A stretch of 64,000 bases of DNA from Vicugna vicugna (taxonomy: Eukaryota): positions 1,947,405-2,011,404 of the forward strand of contig MU057640.1 in assembly GCA_013265495.1 (NCBI GenBank), in the 5' to 3' direction. This document shows positions 1-13,160 of this stretch, piece by piece. The notes under the pieces are model-generated. The model worked only from the letters and a program-made list of their open reading frames with translations, ran no database searches and was not told the DNA's origin. Every line of letters begins with the position of its first letter. Within the stretch, counting starts at the first letter, position 1. A program made the translations under genes and the position numbers.

Positions 1-446
1 TAAAATGAGATTAACTGTTAAAAAAAATTAGGTTATGAAATATTCTTTGATTATATTATGTTTCAAAAATTCAGGGGGATAAACTACAAGCTGAAACCCT
101 AAAACAAAAATGTAAGTCAGAAAGATTCATAAATTTAAAAAAAGTATACTAGCTCTTTTAAGAGTATTAACAGAACCCATATGTCATTTTTGCCCTGAGC
201 TCACTCAATTGGCTTGAACCAGAATGATGGCACTGCCTGCTATATAGTCCACTTCTACCTTTAAAAGTAAATGCTAAAATTAGGTAATGTACAACACAGT
301 GAACTTAAGTATAAAAGTTTCCTAACAGAAAAAAAGGATAAAGGAGAGTATAACTTATCTTACTACCATCCATTTCCTCAGCTTCCATAAAGGCAACTCT
401 GACACAATGAATAAGTTTTATTTATTCATTCAGAATGTTACTGATG

Positions 447-600
447 GGGGAAGGGTTTATAGTTTAGTGGTAGAGCGCCTGCTTAGCATGAGTGAGGTCC
501 TGGGTTCAATCTCCAGTCCTTCCATTAAAAACAAATAAATAAACCTAAAGCTAAACCTAATTACCTCTCCCCCTAAAAAAAATAAAAATAAAAACTAAAA
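447..600 (+). mobile_element. tRNA-Ala-derived SINE (vic-1-like)
   Basis: GGGGAAGGGTTTATAGTTTAGTGGTAGAGCG...GGTTCAATCTCC with A/B boxes and an A-rich tail; TTACTGA on both flanks (438-444, 611-617). Confidence 0.85.
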
Positions 601-699
601 ATATATATATTTACTGAACACCTATTAAGCCCCAGATTAGGAATGGAAACACTGTTAATAAATAGGATCCTTTCTCTCCTTGAGCGTCTTAGAAGAATG

Positions 700-900
700 A
701 CCAATGTTTTACCAAGTGCCAGGTGCTTTAAATGGATTATCTCATAATAATCCTTTGAAGAAAGTACTATTATAATCTCCATCTTACAGGTAAGAAAACT
801 TAGGCTATGAAGTCACTGCTTGCAGCTGGTAAGTGGCAGAGACGATTTATACCCAGTCTGACTCCAGTGGTTAAGAACCTGAGTTTTTAACCAGTATACA
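700..900 (-). mobile_element. MIR SINE
   Basis: Reverse MIR core (ATCTCCATCTTACAGGTAAGAAAACTTAGGCT). Confidence 0.7.
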
Positions 901-914
901 GTCTCCCTCCAAGG

Positions 915-2052
915 CAGCATTTCTCAACTTTTTTTCATTATCACCCTTTTAAGGAGTCTTTTTAGACATTTTTTTCCCGTAATCACTCCCTGTGAAATAA
1001 CAGAAATACATATATTGTTTTCTGCCCCTGGTTCCTGGCACAGAGCTCCTAAAACCCTGGGGATTTCCTAAGTGATAAGAGAACAAAGAGCATCTTTTGT
1101 TCTAATATTTGGCCTTTGACCCTGGTTCCTAACACCTAAATCCCTCAGAATTTCCTGGGTGACAGGAATGCCTTTTGTTCTAATGAGGTGACTCTTGGTA
1201 GGCTCCTGGGTGGGGGCAGCTCACCAGAAAGACGAAGCCATGATGAGAAACGGGATTTTCAGCCTCATCCCTCAATCTCCAGAGAGGGGAGAGGAGCTGG
1301 AAATGGAGTTAATAATTAACCATGTGGTATAACCTCCATAAAATCCCACTAGTATGAGGTTCAGAGAGCTTCCAGGTTGGTAAACACTGGGTGGAGCTGA
1401 AGGCTGGCACAGCCAGAGGAGAGGGCATGAACGCTCTGTGCTCTTTCCCACAAACCCTGCCCTGTGCAGCGCCTCCAGCTGGATGTTCACCTGCGTCCTT
1501 TACCGTGGCCTTTTATAATAAACTGGTAAACAGTAAGTAAACTGTTTTCCTGAGTTCTGTGAGCCACTCTAGCACATCAATCAAACCTCAGGATGGGGTC
1601 ACGGAAACCTCTGACCTATAGTCAGTCAGAAACACAAGTAACAACCTGGACTTTCGATTGTGGAGAGGGGGAGCAGTCCTGAGGGACTGAGACCTTAACC
1701 TGTGGGATCTGATGCTCTCTCCAGGTAGACAGTATCTGAATTGGATTAAACTGTAAGACACCCAGCTGGTATCTCAAAGAATTGCTGTGTGGCAAAACCC
1801 CCACACATCTAGTGTCAGAAGTGCCATGAGTGTGGTAGTGTGAGGGTAAAGGAGAAACACACAGAAGTGTGGGCTTTCTAAACACTGCCCCTAATGAAAT
1901 TTTACCACCACAGATATGCTGTATATCTATATATACTGTTATGTACATCTATATTTTGTACCTAAAAAGATTTTATCACCACCCCACCCTCAACCAAAGA
2001 CTAATTTTAGCCCCCTTGAGGATGACAACACACTCACTGAAAATTAAGGCTA
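915..2052. mobile_element. hAT-Charlie-like non-autonomous DNA transposon, split by an LTR
   Basis: CAGCATTTCTCAAC-type terminus at about 916; a degenerate inverse terminus near 2037-2050; sequence resumes after the LTR at 1885. Confidence 0.5.
991..1884 (+). mobile_element. MER21-like solo LTR
   Basis: TG...CA termini, GGTTCCTGGCACAGAGCTCCTAAAACC motif, AATAAA at about 1518, imperfect TSD CTCCC/CTGCC; homologous to the copy at 50.8-51.6 kb. Confidence 0.8.
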
Positions 2053-2055
2053 TAG

Positions 2056-2190
2056 AGCAGTTTCTCAGCCTCAGTACTGCTGACATTTTGGGCCAGATAA
2101 CCCTATGTTGTTGGGGGCTGACCGAGGTAATATAGGATGTTTAGCACAATCCTTGGTCTCTACCCACTAGAAACCAACAGGACCTCTGTG
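2056..2190 (+). mobile_element. MER20 (hAT-Charlie) fragment
   Basis: CTGACATTTTGGGCCAGATAA...GGATGTTTAGCA signature. Confidence 0.75.
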
Positions 2191-2489
2191 CCAAAGTTAG
2201 GTTAAAATTTTCTGTAAAGTTTCCAAACCTTGAAACAATTGCTTCTCTCGCTGCTATTTACATATTCATAAGGACTACCACTCTAGATTTTGTTCATAAA
2301 AAGCTGGAATGGACAGGATACAAGCAGACTGCAAAAGCTGCATCTCTGGGGCTGGAGTGAAGGAGCACATGTAATAGCAGCAGCAATGGCATGAAAAGTA
2401 GTATTTTATATAAACACAGCAGGGAAAGAGGCCCACATAACACCAGTAAGTAAAAGGATATTAAATTTTAATAGAATCCATTTATAATA

Positions 2490-2890
2490 CAGGCATACCT
2501 TGGAGATACTGCAGGTTTGGCTCTAGACCACTGCAATAAAGTGAACATCCCAATAAAGCAAGTCACATGTATTTTTTGGTTTACCAGTGCCTATATGTGT
2601 GTGTGTATGTGTATATATATTTATATATATATGTATTTATACCATGCTGTAGTCTATTAAGTGTGCAGTAGTAGCATTAGGTCTAAAAAATGTACGTACC
2701 TTAATTTAAAAATACTTTATTGCTAAAAAATGCTAACCATCACCTAAGCCTTCAGCAAGTTGTAATCTTCTTGAAATAGTATACTCAAAGATCACTGATT
2801 ACTATAACAAATTCAATAGTGAAAAATTTGAAATATTGTGAGAATTACCAAAATGTGCCAAATGAAGCACAGTAAAATGAGGTGTGCCTG
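2490..2890 (-). mobile_element. Tigger1 internal-deletion derivative
   Basis: Terminal inverted repeats CAGGCATACCT / AGGTGTGCCTG, TA on the left flank, Tigger1 end sequence GGAGATACTGCAGGTTTGG...ACCACTGCAATAAAG. Confidence 0.85.
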
Positions 2891-3689
2891 TGCATGCTAC
2901 AGAGTAAGGCTTTTAACCACTCCCTCCAAAATGATGAGACAAATTATCTCACTTCAACTACACGTGAGAACTATTAACTAAATCCCTGGGAGATTTATAA
3001 TGGGCTTCCACTGTATTCACACAATATGCCAGTCAAGAAGGGGAGCCAGGATTATAGATATAATTAGATGGTGACTGCAAGGGCAGCTCTCAGAGTTCTA
3101 GATTCAGAATACATACTGAAAAAGACCAGGGGACACTTAGTTCATCCCAATCGATCATAAGTAGGCTTTCAGGAACAGATTAATCAGAAATGCATCTTGC
3201 GAGACTGCGGAGGAGGGTGGTGAAGAGTGACTGTGATGCCGGTCCCGAGGTCAAAGGGAAGAAACGGCAGAGGCGGTCTGCATAAGCCTGAACCAGTGAC
3301 TTAAGTCCTAGGAGCCTCTGTTTCCTCATCTGTAAAACAGGGTTAATAACGGTATCTTCATTTTACAGGGCTATGGTGAGGATCAAGTGAGAAAACTCCA
3401 AAGGAGATGGTACAAGGGCATATAATAGCACAGTAACTATTTGATGTTATTAATAACGTTTAAGCAATGTACTGATAAAACTAAGATAAGTAAACAAAAA
3501 GACCTTTGAGTAGAAATGGTTCATAGGAACCAAAGATGAGCTATAAAAAAGATGAGGTTGTTAAGACTTGTGAGACTTCAGAATACATGGAGGTAAATAT
3601 TAGTCTGATAGTGAATAGCCAGAAGTCACTGGAAAATGAAGAACCATTTCTGTAACACAATGAAGAAAAAAGAATCTTTATTTCAAACA

Positions 3690-5530
3690 AAAAATTGGTA
3701 TGATAAATACCAGAATTCCCATTAAAGTAGGGAACAAGGCAAGGCTATCCATATTTTCAGCATTATTTAATACAGATATGTGAAGTACAATGCAAAGCAT
3801 TATACAAGAGAAAAAAGTATAAATACTGAAAGAAGTTAAAATTGTTATTTACAAATAAACTGCATATCTGAAAGTCCTTTTGAAATAAACAGAAAAATTA
3901 TTAGAAAGAATAACCTAATTCCATAAAGTGTCTGGTTGCAAAATTAATAAATTGAAATCAATAGTTTTAGATGGCATCCTGGAACAGAAAAAGGACATTA
4001 GGTAAAAACTAAAGCAATCTGCACAAAGTAGAGACTATAAGTTAATAATGATGTATTAATATTGGCTCACTGGCTGTGACAGATGTGCCACAGTAATCTA
4101 AGATGTTAACAATAGGAGAAACTGGGTGCATGGTATAGGGGATCTCTCTGTACTATCTCTGCAAATTTTCTATCAATCTAGAACTGTTCTAAAATAAGGG
4201 TTTTTTTTTAAATAAAAGAATAATGATTTTTCTCACATAGAGCAATAATCAGTTAGAAACACAGTGAAAGAAATGGCTCCATACACTAGTGTTAGAAAGT
4301 AAACTCTAAAAATAATAATCCTAAGGGAAAATGTGCAAGGTTAACATAAAGGAAACTTAAAAAAAAAAATCTACTGAGGGATATGAAAGTGAAGAGATCA
4401 CCTCAACTCAATATTATAAAGATATCAAAATTTTCTCCCTAAAATAATCCAAAGTTCAATGTTTTTCAGTAAAAATACAACATCCCTGAGAAACTTAACA
4501 AAATGGAGGAATAAACATGCAAGGATAGCCAAGAAAATAACAAGAAGAAATAACAAAGTTAAGACTACTACTAAGAAAGAAAAATGTATAAAACTAAGAT
4601 TACTGAAAAATACAGTAGTCATGCAAGAACAGACATATTATAAAATATGCAAATACCTCAGTGGAAACTCAGATTATGAAAAAGTTGGCATAAAAACTAT
4701 TGAGAAAATGGGATTGTTTAACAAATTAAGTTGACAGGAACAAATGCCTATTAAAAAATTGTTTTTAAACTAGGCATTCATGCATTGCTTACAGCAAAGT
4801 AAATTCCAAATGGGCTGAACTATAAAACTATCAGATGTTTTCAATTAGATTACAAAGGACTAACTTCCCCAATATATAAAAACTCTTAGATATCAATAAG
4901 CAAGGACCTAATAGAAAATGGATAAAGCACATGAACTATTCATGTAAAAACAGAAGAAAAGAAAGTGATCCTAAAACTGATGAAAAGCTATTCAATCCTA
5001 CTCAAAGTAGGAGAAATGCCAATTAAAACCACCCTAGGCGGGGAGGGTATATGCTCAGCATGCACGAGGTCCTGGGTTCAACCCTCAGCACCTCTATTAA
5101 AATAACAAACAAACAAAAATATTTACCTCTCCCCAATTTAAAAACAAAGAAAAAGAAAAGAAAAGAAAGCCACTCTATGATACTATTTCTTACCTATGAA
5201 AATAGCAAAACTGTGTGAGATTGCAGCGCACAGGGGCACAAACAGGTACTCTGATACACTGCTTGCAGGCATGTGTGATTAGAACCTCTCTAGAGGGCAA
5301 TCTGGCAGTCTTTCAAAAGGACAAAAGCATTTACAATTCCTTTGACCAAGCAATCTCATTTTTAGGAATTTATCTTAATACTACACCAAGACACATGGGA
5401 GATGATATTTGTACAAATTATTTACTGCAGCAAAGTTTTTGTTAGAAAAAGGCTGCAAACAAATTAAATATCTATCAGCATAGAACACGATAAACATCCA
5501 CACAATGGAATACTATGCAACTGTTAAAAA
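3690..5530 (+). mobile_element. Old L1 (L1M-type) remnants, with an inserted L1MC/MD-like 3' end at about 3970-4200
   Basis: A-rich decayed ORF2 and 3' UTR motifs (CACACAATGGAATACTATGCA; CTCTCTGTACTATCTCTGCAAATTTTCT). Confidence 0.7.
5040..5165 (+). mobile_element. vic-1-like SINE lacking the A box
   Basis: GGGGAGGGTAT joined to ATGCTCAGCATGCACGAGGTCCTGGGTTCAA; A-rich tail; imperfect TSD AAACCACCCTA/AAGCCACTCTA. Confidence 0.85.
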
Positions 5531-7102
5531 ACCGAACCCAACAAAAGTTCAGGACCAGACAGCTTCACTGGTAAATTCTAACAAATATTCAAAAAATTAA
5601 TACCAATCCTTCTCAAACTCTTCCAAAAAACACGAGAGGACGGAACACTTCCAAACTCACTTTACAAGGCCAGCATTACACTGCTCCAAAACTGACAAGG
5701 ACACCACCAGTAAATTATAGGCCTATAACCCTGATGAACACAGATGAAAAATCAACAAAATACTAGCAAACCAAACTCAGTAAGACATTAAAAGGATCAC
5801 ACACCATGATCAAGACGGATTTATTCCAGGGATGCAGGGATGGCTCAACATCTGCAAAGACTTGTAAGTAAGACCTGAAACTATAAAATTCCTAGGAAAA
5901 AACAGAGGTAAGCTCCTTGACATAGGTCTTAGTTTAATGATACTTTAGGTTTGACACCAAAAGCAAAAGCAACAAAAGTAAAAATATCAAACTAAAAAGC
6001 TTCTGCACAGCAAAGGAAACCATCTCCAAAATGAAAGGGCCATCTATTGAATGAAAAAAAATATTTGCAACTCATGTCTGCTAAGGGGTTATTATCGGAA
6101 ATATACAAGGAACACATTCAACTCAACAGCAAAAAAAAAAAAAAAGCAATTCAATTAAAAAACAGGCAGAGTATATGCACAGACAGTTTTCCAACATGTA
6201 CATAAAAGGGTACTCAATATTACTAACCACCATGGAAATGCAAATCAAAACCACAGTGCGATATCACCTCATACCTGTAAAAATGGCTATTATCAAAAAG
6301 ACAAGAGTAAACAAGTGTTAACAAGAATGTAGAGAAAAGGGAACCCCTGTGCACTACTGGTGGGAACATAAACTGGCGTAGCCACTATGGAAAACAGTAG
6401 AGGTGCCTCAATTAAAAATGGAACTACCAGATGATCCAGCAATTCCACTTTGGGGTATTTATCTCAAGCGAAAATATTAACTCAAAAAGATATAGGCATC
6501 CCTATGTTCATTGAGCATTATTTACACTTGCCAAGACATAGAAGCAATCAAAGTGTCCACCAATGGATGAATGGATAAAGAAAATGTGGTATATATATAT
6601 ATATAATGGAATACTAGTCAGTCATAAAGAAGGAAATCTTGCCATTTGCAACAACATAGATAGACTGTGAGGGCATTATGCTAAGTGAATAAATCAGACA
6701 TAAAAAGACAAATACTACATGATCTCACTTACATGTGGGTCCTAAAAACAAAAACAGAGATCACAGACATAGAGAACAGACCAGTGACTGCCAGAGGTGG
6801 GGGCAGGGGGAGATGTGAAATGGGTGAAGAGTATCAAAAGGCACAAAACTTCCAGTTATAAAATAAGTAAGTCATGAGGTTATAGTGCACAGCATGGTGA
6901 TTATAATAAATAATACTGTATTGCATATTTGTAAGTTGCTAAGAGAATAAATCTTAAAAGTTCTCATCACCAGAAAAACATGGTAACAGATGTTAACTAG
7001 ACTTACTGTGGTGATCATTTCACAATATACACAAATATTCAAAAATTATGTTGTGTACCTGAAACTGATGTTATATGTAAAGCATATCTCAATTTAAAAA
7101 AA
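5531..7102 (+). mobile_element. 5'-truncated, internally deleted L1 (L1MA-like) nested in an older L1
   Basis: ORF2 motif GFIPGMQGWLNICK at about 5817-5858, C-terminal ORF2 remnants, typical 3' UTR, poly(A) at about 7096. The older host L1 resumes afterwards. Confidence 0.88.
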
Positions 7103-7439
7103 ACAAACACTGAAGAAGCCTATTTGGTATTGATGTACAGGTGTTTAAGATATATTAAGTGGGGGAAAAACAATATATAGAGTAGCAAGCTGGGGGAGGG
7201 AGACAGACATATGAATTTGCATCTGTATGCTGTGGTGGGATTCACAAGAAACTATTCACAGTGGTTTCTTAGGGGAGGTAGTGCAGGTGGAAAATTGGGA
7301 AGATGGTGGGCAGGCAGAAAAGGGTGACTTTTCACCACATTTTATTTTTTTTTTTATTTAACCATGCAAATTTATTCCCCAATTTTAAAATTTTTAGATG
7401 AAAGCATGAATTTTTTACAAACTTTTAAAGGAAAGGTCT

Positions 7440-8100
7440 TTATTACATGAAGAAAACTAGTAAATGTGATTACTAAAAATGTTAAACTTACATGCTCAAA
7501 AATCCCAATCATACAGTTGAAAGACAAATTAGGGGAAATTTTTAATACATGATAAAGAGATACTTTTTATACATACAAAGGGCCTCAAAAACCACTTAGA
7601 AAGAACATGACTTTCAAAAAAGGATAACAGATACAAAAAGTAGTTAAAGGAAAAAATAAATAAATAACTGTCTACTAAGCCTGTGAAAAGATACTCAAAT
7701 AACCTATTATTAAGGAAACACAAATTAAAACAAGATGCTGTTTACACTATCATACTGTAAAGATTCATAATAGTCAATGTGGTGAGAACAAAGGGAAATA
7801 GGCCCTTTCATATACTGGGTGAGAATATAAACTGGTATAAAATTTTCTGAAGTGTAATTTGACAACATCTAGTTTAAACTTAAATGTGCATACCTGACTC
7901 AGCAATTTTTCTAGAAACTTACCAACTTCACGAGTGAAATCTTACATACACAAATGTGCACTACAGTATTGCCACAGCATGGTTTGCTTTTAGTTTGGAC
8001 TATATATATTTTTATTTTAGACTATATATATTTGAGTACACCTGGAACAATTTCTACAACTACTATTATTTTCATGATAAAAACCTAACAATGCTTTTTT
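7440..8100 (+). mobile_element. Old L1 (L1ME-like) fragment
   Basis: Decayed ORF2 3' motifs (AAGATACTCAAATAACC...GGAAACACAAATTAAAACAA). Confidence 0.6.
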
Positions 8101-9949
8101 AACTGGAGGGTGAAATGCTCCAGGAATATACTATACTGGGTAAAAAGCATTAGATAAGCATTACTATTCTCAGTACCATAAAAGTCTCCTCTACAGCCAG
8201 AATCAAAATTATTCAGTAATTTATTCACCGCTGAAAAGAAGAAGATGAGTTAAACGAACAACCTAAGCAGGAAACAATATGTTATTTTCAAACATTCACA
8301 AATAATAGACTAAAGCCTCCCAGGTAGTGACTATTTTCCTGAGACATTCATCAGAAATCGCCTAAGGGTTTTGTTTTTCTATTGTACATTTAGGGAATGT
8401 GGTTTTTCACAATACACATGCCCAGAATCTCCCCCAGATACTGATTTATTGGAGTAAAGCAAAATAGGACCTCAGGCAAGTCAATTCTCAGTTATTAGAT
8501 GGTGGGCTTTTTTTTCTAAGAGGAAAGATAATGGTAGCTCTGTCCTAGGTTATCACTTGTGTAGAAGCCTGTGTCATACGGACTAGGCCAGCAATTCCCA
8601 AGTGGAGTATCATGACAAACACTAGTAATGCATGTAAGAATTCCTAATAATCGTCCAAAGCTGCTGAATAATTTCCTTAAAAAAAAAAAAAAGGCAGATT
8701 CAGGATTATCTCTACATCAGCCTCACTCCAGCCTGTGTTGTGATATGCATTTTGCTATAGAAGAAGAGGAGACCAGCAGTTACTCAGAATGAGCAGAGGA
8801 TTGGGGGCAGGTAGCTTGAAAGCATCCCATGGAGACTTCTGATTTTTATCACCCTTATTAGTTGAGCAAAAACAAAATATATATATATGTTATAATTAGC
8901 TGAGAGCCACATGTCAATGCCTAGAATAGTGTGAAAAGCTGTATGGTGCTTTTTGTAATTTTAGTTACTATGACTTTCCATAGTTTACCTACAGCTATTC
9001 TTTATTAAGTAAGAAGGTCAAAATAGATATCCAGTGTATTAACACTGTATAACGATGTGAACAGAAAGATGCTATAAACATTTGTTAGTAGCTGTGTAAG
9101 ATTACCAAATCAAAGGCAAAACAACAATGAAAGGGAAATTTGCAACAGCACACTAATCATGTTAAATATCATGCTAAATTTTATAAGTTCTAAGAACTAT
9201 AACTTTGAACAATTAAACAAGGTTTAAGAAAGTTTTATGATGTTAAATATATTATAGTAAGATACTTGACAGCAGAGCAAACCATACACCCAGGAACACA
9301 TATGCTTTCAATAAACAATCTTTACCTCAGGACAAAGATTCACTTGTCTGGTGGGAAGATTATAGGAAATGATGTCCTAGCACAAAAACAAACCTCGTAA
9401 CGGTCCCCACCATAAGGCCCACCACAGTGACCAGCATACAGTAAATGTTTTCAATGTCTGAACAACTGTCCTTTGCATAAAGCCTTCTAGGAAATAACTG
9501 CATCCTCTTTCCAATTCCAGAACAGTTTATGACACATAAGGGATTAGTCATATTCTACCCTGTAACATGGTTGTGTCTGTCTCATTGCTTCTAATTTATA
9601 AATCAGGAAAACAGCATTATAAGAGGAAGCTAAGACACTAGTATCCATTTGGTGTGAATGAGGTCTAAAGTCTTTTTCATCTTTAGAATTATTTCATGTC
9701 ATATAATTCTTCTTATGTAAAATATTTATATTTTAAAATAGCCACACATAGGTTAATAGTCAATGCATGGTTTAAAAATCATTCAGAATACTCTCCTCTT
9801 TCATCCACCTAAGATGTATCTATCACAAACATAAAGCCTTTTACTGATTTTTCTTATAAGACAAAATTCGATTAAGCATTACAAATTGTAAAACTTCTTA
9901 AAGAACAGAATCCCAGCATGGTAAGGGAAAACAGGAAGAAAACCATATT

Positions 9950-10215
9950 AAAGATGATGATACTAAATGCAACATAGTGGGTTGAATCCTAAAACAGAAA
10001 AGGGACATCCCTGGAAAAACTGGTGAAATCCAAATAACATCTATAATCACTAATAGTACTGTATCAATGTTAATGTCTTCATTTTGATAAATGCATCACA
10101 GTTATGTAAGATTTTAATATTAGAGGAAGCTGGGCAAAGGGTATACAAGAACTCTCTATACTATTCTGCAACTTTTCTGTAAACCTAAAATTATTTCAAA
10201 ATATAAAGTTTTAAA
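9950..10215 (+). mobile_element. L1MC-like 3' end
   Basis: GAACTCTCTATACTATTCTGCAACTTTTCTGTAAACCTAAAATTATTTCAAAATA signature. Confidence 0.75.
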
Positions 10216-12539
10216 GATGGTAACTGCAGTGCTTAGATCTGCTTAATTTGTATCTAGACAACACTCAGGGAGTGAGGAGGATTAGGAAAAGAAAACAGCC
10301 AGATGCATGATTCAAGCTTCTCAAATCTGTGACTAATATCCCTGCCTATTCTCAGGGCAGTTGGCACTCAGGATTCTGCTTGGTTTGTACAAACCTCTGC
10401 AAGACAGGGCTTTCTTTTTGTTTTCCCTTAAAACCTCGAAAGGAAATGGCTTGCTTCCCCCAAGGTTTTCTTTTCTTTCTTACCATAACACAAAGGAAAG
10501 AGACTGGCACCAAAGGTGCAAGTTATAAAAGATGCAACTCCTCAGGTTCCAATGACAAAGGAAGGAAAGTGTGAACTGTTTTACAACTCTACCAAAGAAA
10601 GCATTCAATCAACTTTTGGGGGGACAGACAAAGGAACCAAAGGAATCAGAATCAGCAGCTATTTATTACACTGGGGTTTGGTAAAATTAATCTGTAATGC
10701 TAAACAAGTCAGCAGTAGTAAAACCTACAGAATATGTGTTGCGGTCTGCTCTTTTCTATACCACTAGTCTGTGCTATTCTACTGTTACTATTCCCAGAGT
10801 CCCAAGTGTCTTAGCCCACCTACAAAATAATTCTCTGTTCTCCTGAGCTATGCACAGAAACACCAGAAAACCATTTAACTCAGATAAAATAACAGAAAGA
10901 AACAATAAGTCTTCTCTCAAAGAAATGTTTCTGCTTATATACCAATTACTTGCTGTGAAAATCATCTGAAATCAGATAAAAGTTATGTGACATACGTTAG
11001 TGCAGTCAACATCTTTAGTTTACATTAAGAAAAGTCTGGATTAAAAAGTACTTAAAGAGAAATTCTGCCTATTACCAAAACTAGACCATTACTAAAATGG
11101 TTTATTCAACATTCCATAAGAAATTTACAATAACACTCTCCTTTGCAGGGTTGAGCAGAGGTGGGAAGACAAGTACTCTCAAACCGCTGATGAAAATTTA
11201 AATTAGTACAACCTTTCAGGAGGGTAATTTGGCATTTTTGACCATTATCTTCTTTTTTAAAAACTCTTTTTCCTGGCTTCTTTCTTGTCTCCTTTGCTGA
11301 CTGTTAACTGCTGTTGGGATCTGGAGTTCTGTCCAAGCCTTTTTCTTTTTAATGAAGTATAGTTTCTCCCCAGGTCGTCTACTCTGTGGCTTGGATTGTC
11401 CTCTATAATGCTGATAACTTCCAAGAAAATTTTATCCCAAATTTCTTTCCTGAACATTCCTCTTTCACACTGTGAACTCATGTTCTCCAACCCCAAAGGT
11501 ACCCTCAAAACTGCCCAGCAATCCTACCGTCTGTTAGTCACTTTCCTGCTCTCTGAAAATAAGGAGAGCATGTCACCTTCTGGAGATCCTCCTCCCACCC
11601 GCCATCACTCTCAACAGCAAACACTGACTCTGTACTTTAAGGAGATTACATAACTCATAAGATCTACTTTAACCATCACCAGCAACTGTTTATCCCCTCT
11701 TCCATCAGCATTTGTCCTTACCTCCTTCCTTCCTCCTTTCTGAGGTTGATCCCTTACTATCTGTGCTCCCTGGACCACAGACCTATTTGCCTTCTCAGGG
11801 ACCTTGCATATTATTTCAATTTCTCATTCTCTCACCCTTGTTCTTTTTCATCATAAAGATTCATTCAATGGAAAATAATTATTTATTAAAAAAAATACTT
11901 TAATCCAACAAGTCTACTTCTAGGAATTTATACAAAAACCAGCATGAAGATTTAACTACAAGAATATCCACGCCAGTGTTTTCCAAATAGCTAAAAACTA
12001 CAACCTGCATACCCAATAACAAGGAAACTATTATAGTTTACTACAGAGCTATTAAAACTGCTACTTTTTTCCCTACATGGAAACATCCACAACTTATAGT
12101 CTAGTAAAAATAGGTTTCAAAACAGTACAAATCTTATGAGCCCATTTTTGTAAGGAAGAAACACAGTATGTATTTCTAAGTTCCAAATACATTTTGGTTA
12201 CTAAAATTAATGTCCAACAGACTAAATGAATGGGATTACAGATGGTTTTTATTTTCTTCTTTTTACTTATCTATAATTTCTCATTTAGCATATATATTTA
12301 TATTTGAACAAAAAGGTTCTACTGAATTGACAAAACTGAAAAACTGAAATACTGAGCAAATAAAAGTACAGTATTAAAGACTACTAAAGGTGAAATGAGA
12401 AGATGAAGTATCCAATTATCATTAAATTATTTTAAATTAAAATTTGGTCTTATTTGGAAAGAGAAAACATTTTTGATATCTAATAAAGTTTTCCAATTTC
12501 TTTCAGTTCTGATAAAACCTACCCTCATGCTCGAGTGAT

Positions 12540-13160
12540 ACCTTTTATGTTAACAGCCAAAAACTGGAAAGAGGTCCTCCTCATCTATAGGCGAGTAGAT
12601 CAAGGTGAACAAACTGGAGCGTATTCATACAAAGGAATACTGCTCAGCAGTAAAGGAACAAGCCGCTGAAATACACATCAACATGGAGGATTCTCTCAAA
12701 CATTATGCTGAGTGAAAAAGACAAGTCCCTACTACGTGATTCCATTTATATGAAGTTTTAAAACAGGGTCAACTAATCTATGATGGAAAAAAATCAGAAC
12801 AAGGGTGAGAGAACTGACTGGGAAGGGCAAGTGGGAACTTTCTGGGGTGATGCTAATGTTCTACAGCGTGACAGGTTTGCACTACACAGGTGTACGCATT
12901 TATCAAAACTCAAAAGTCATCGGATGGTTCACTTTTAGAACTCTAGCTAACAGTATATGTGCTGAAGTGTTCCGGAGTGACTTGTACTGTTACTTGTAAC
13001 TTAATTCACAAGCAACCCCCTTTAAAAGGAAAAAAAAAGTCTTGATAGAGGATTGCATAGCCAGAGACATGGAATTTTTTAAAAGTTGTAGAATCCAGGT
13101 GGTGGCGACAATTCTTTCAACTTTTCTATATGCCTGAAAATTCTCAAAACAAAATATTGG
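12540..13160 (+). mobile_element. L1ME-like 3' UTR fragments
   Basis: CATTATGCTGAGTGAAAAAG...GATTCCATTTATATGAAG motif. Confidence 0.7.

Noticed and set aside
447..525. Possible tRNA-Ala genes (also 5040-5095 and 55432-55506)
   Set aside because: A-rich tails, TSDs and stem-breaking substitutions identify them as tRNA-derived SINE copies.
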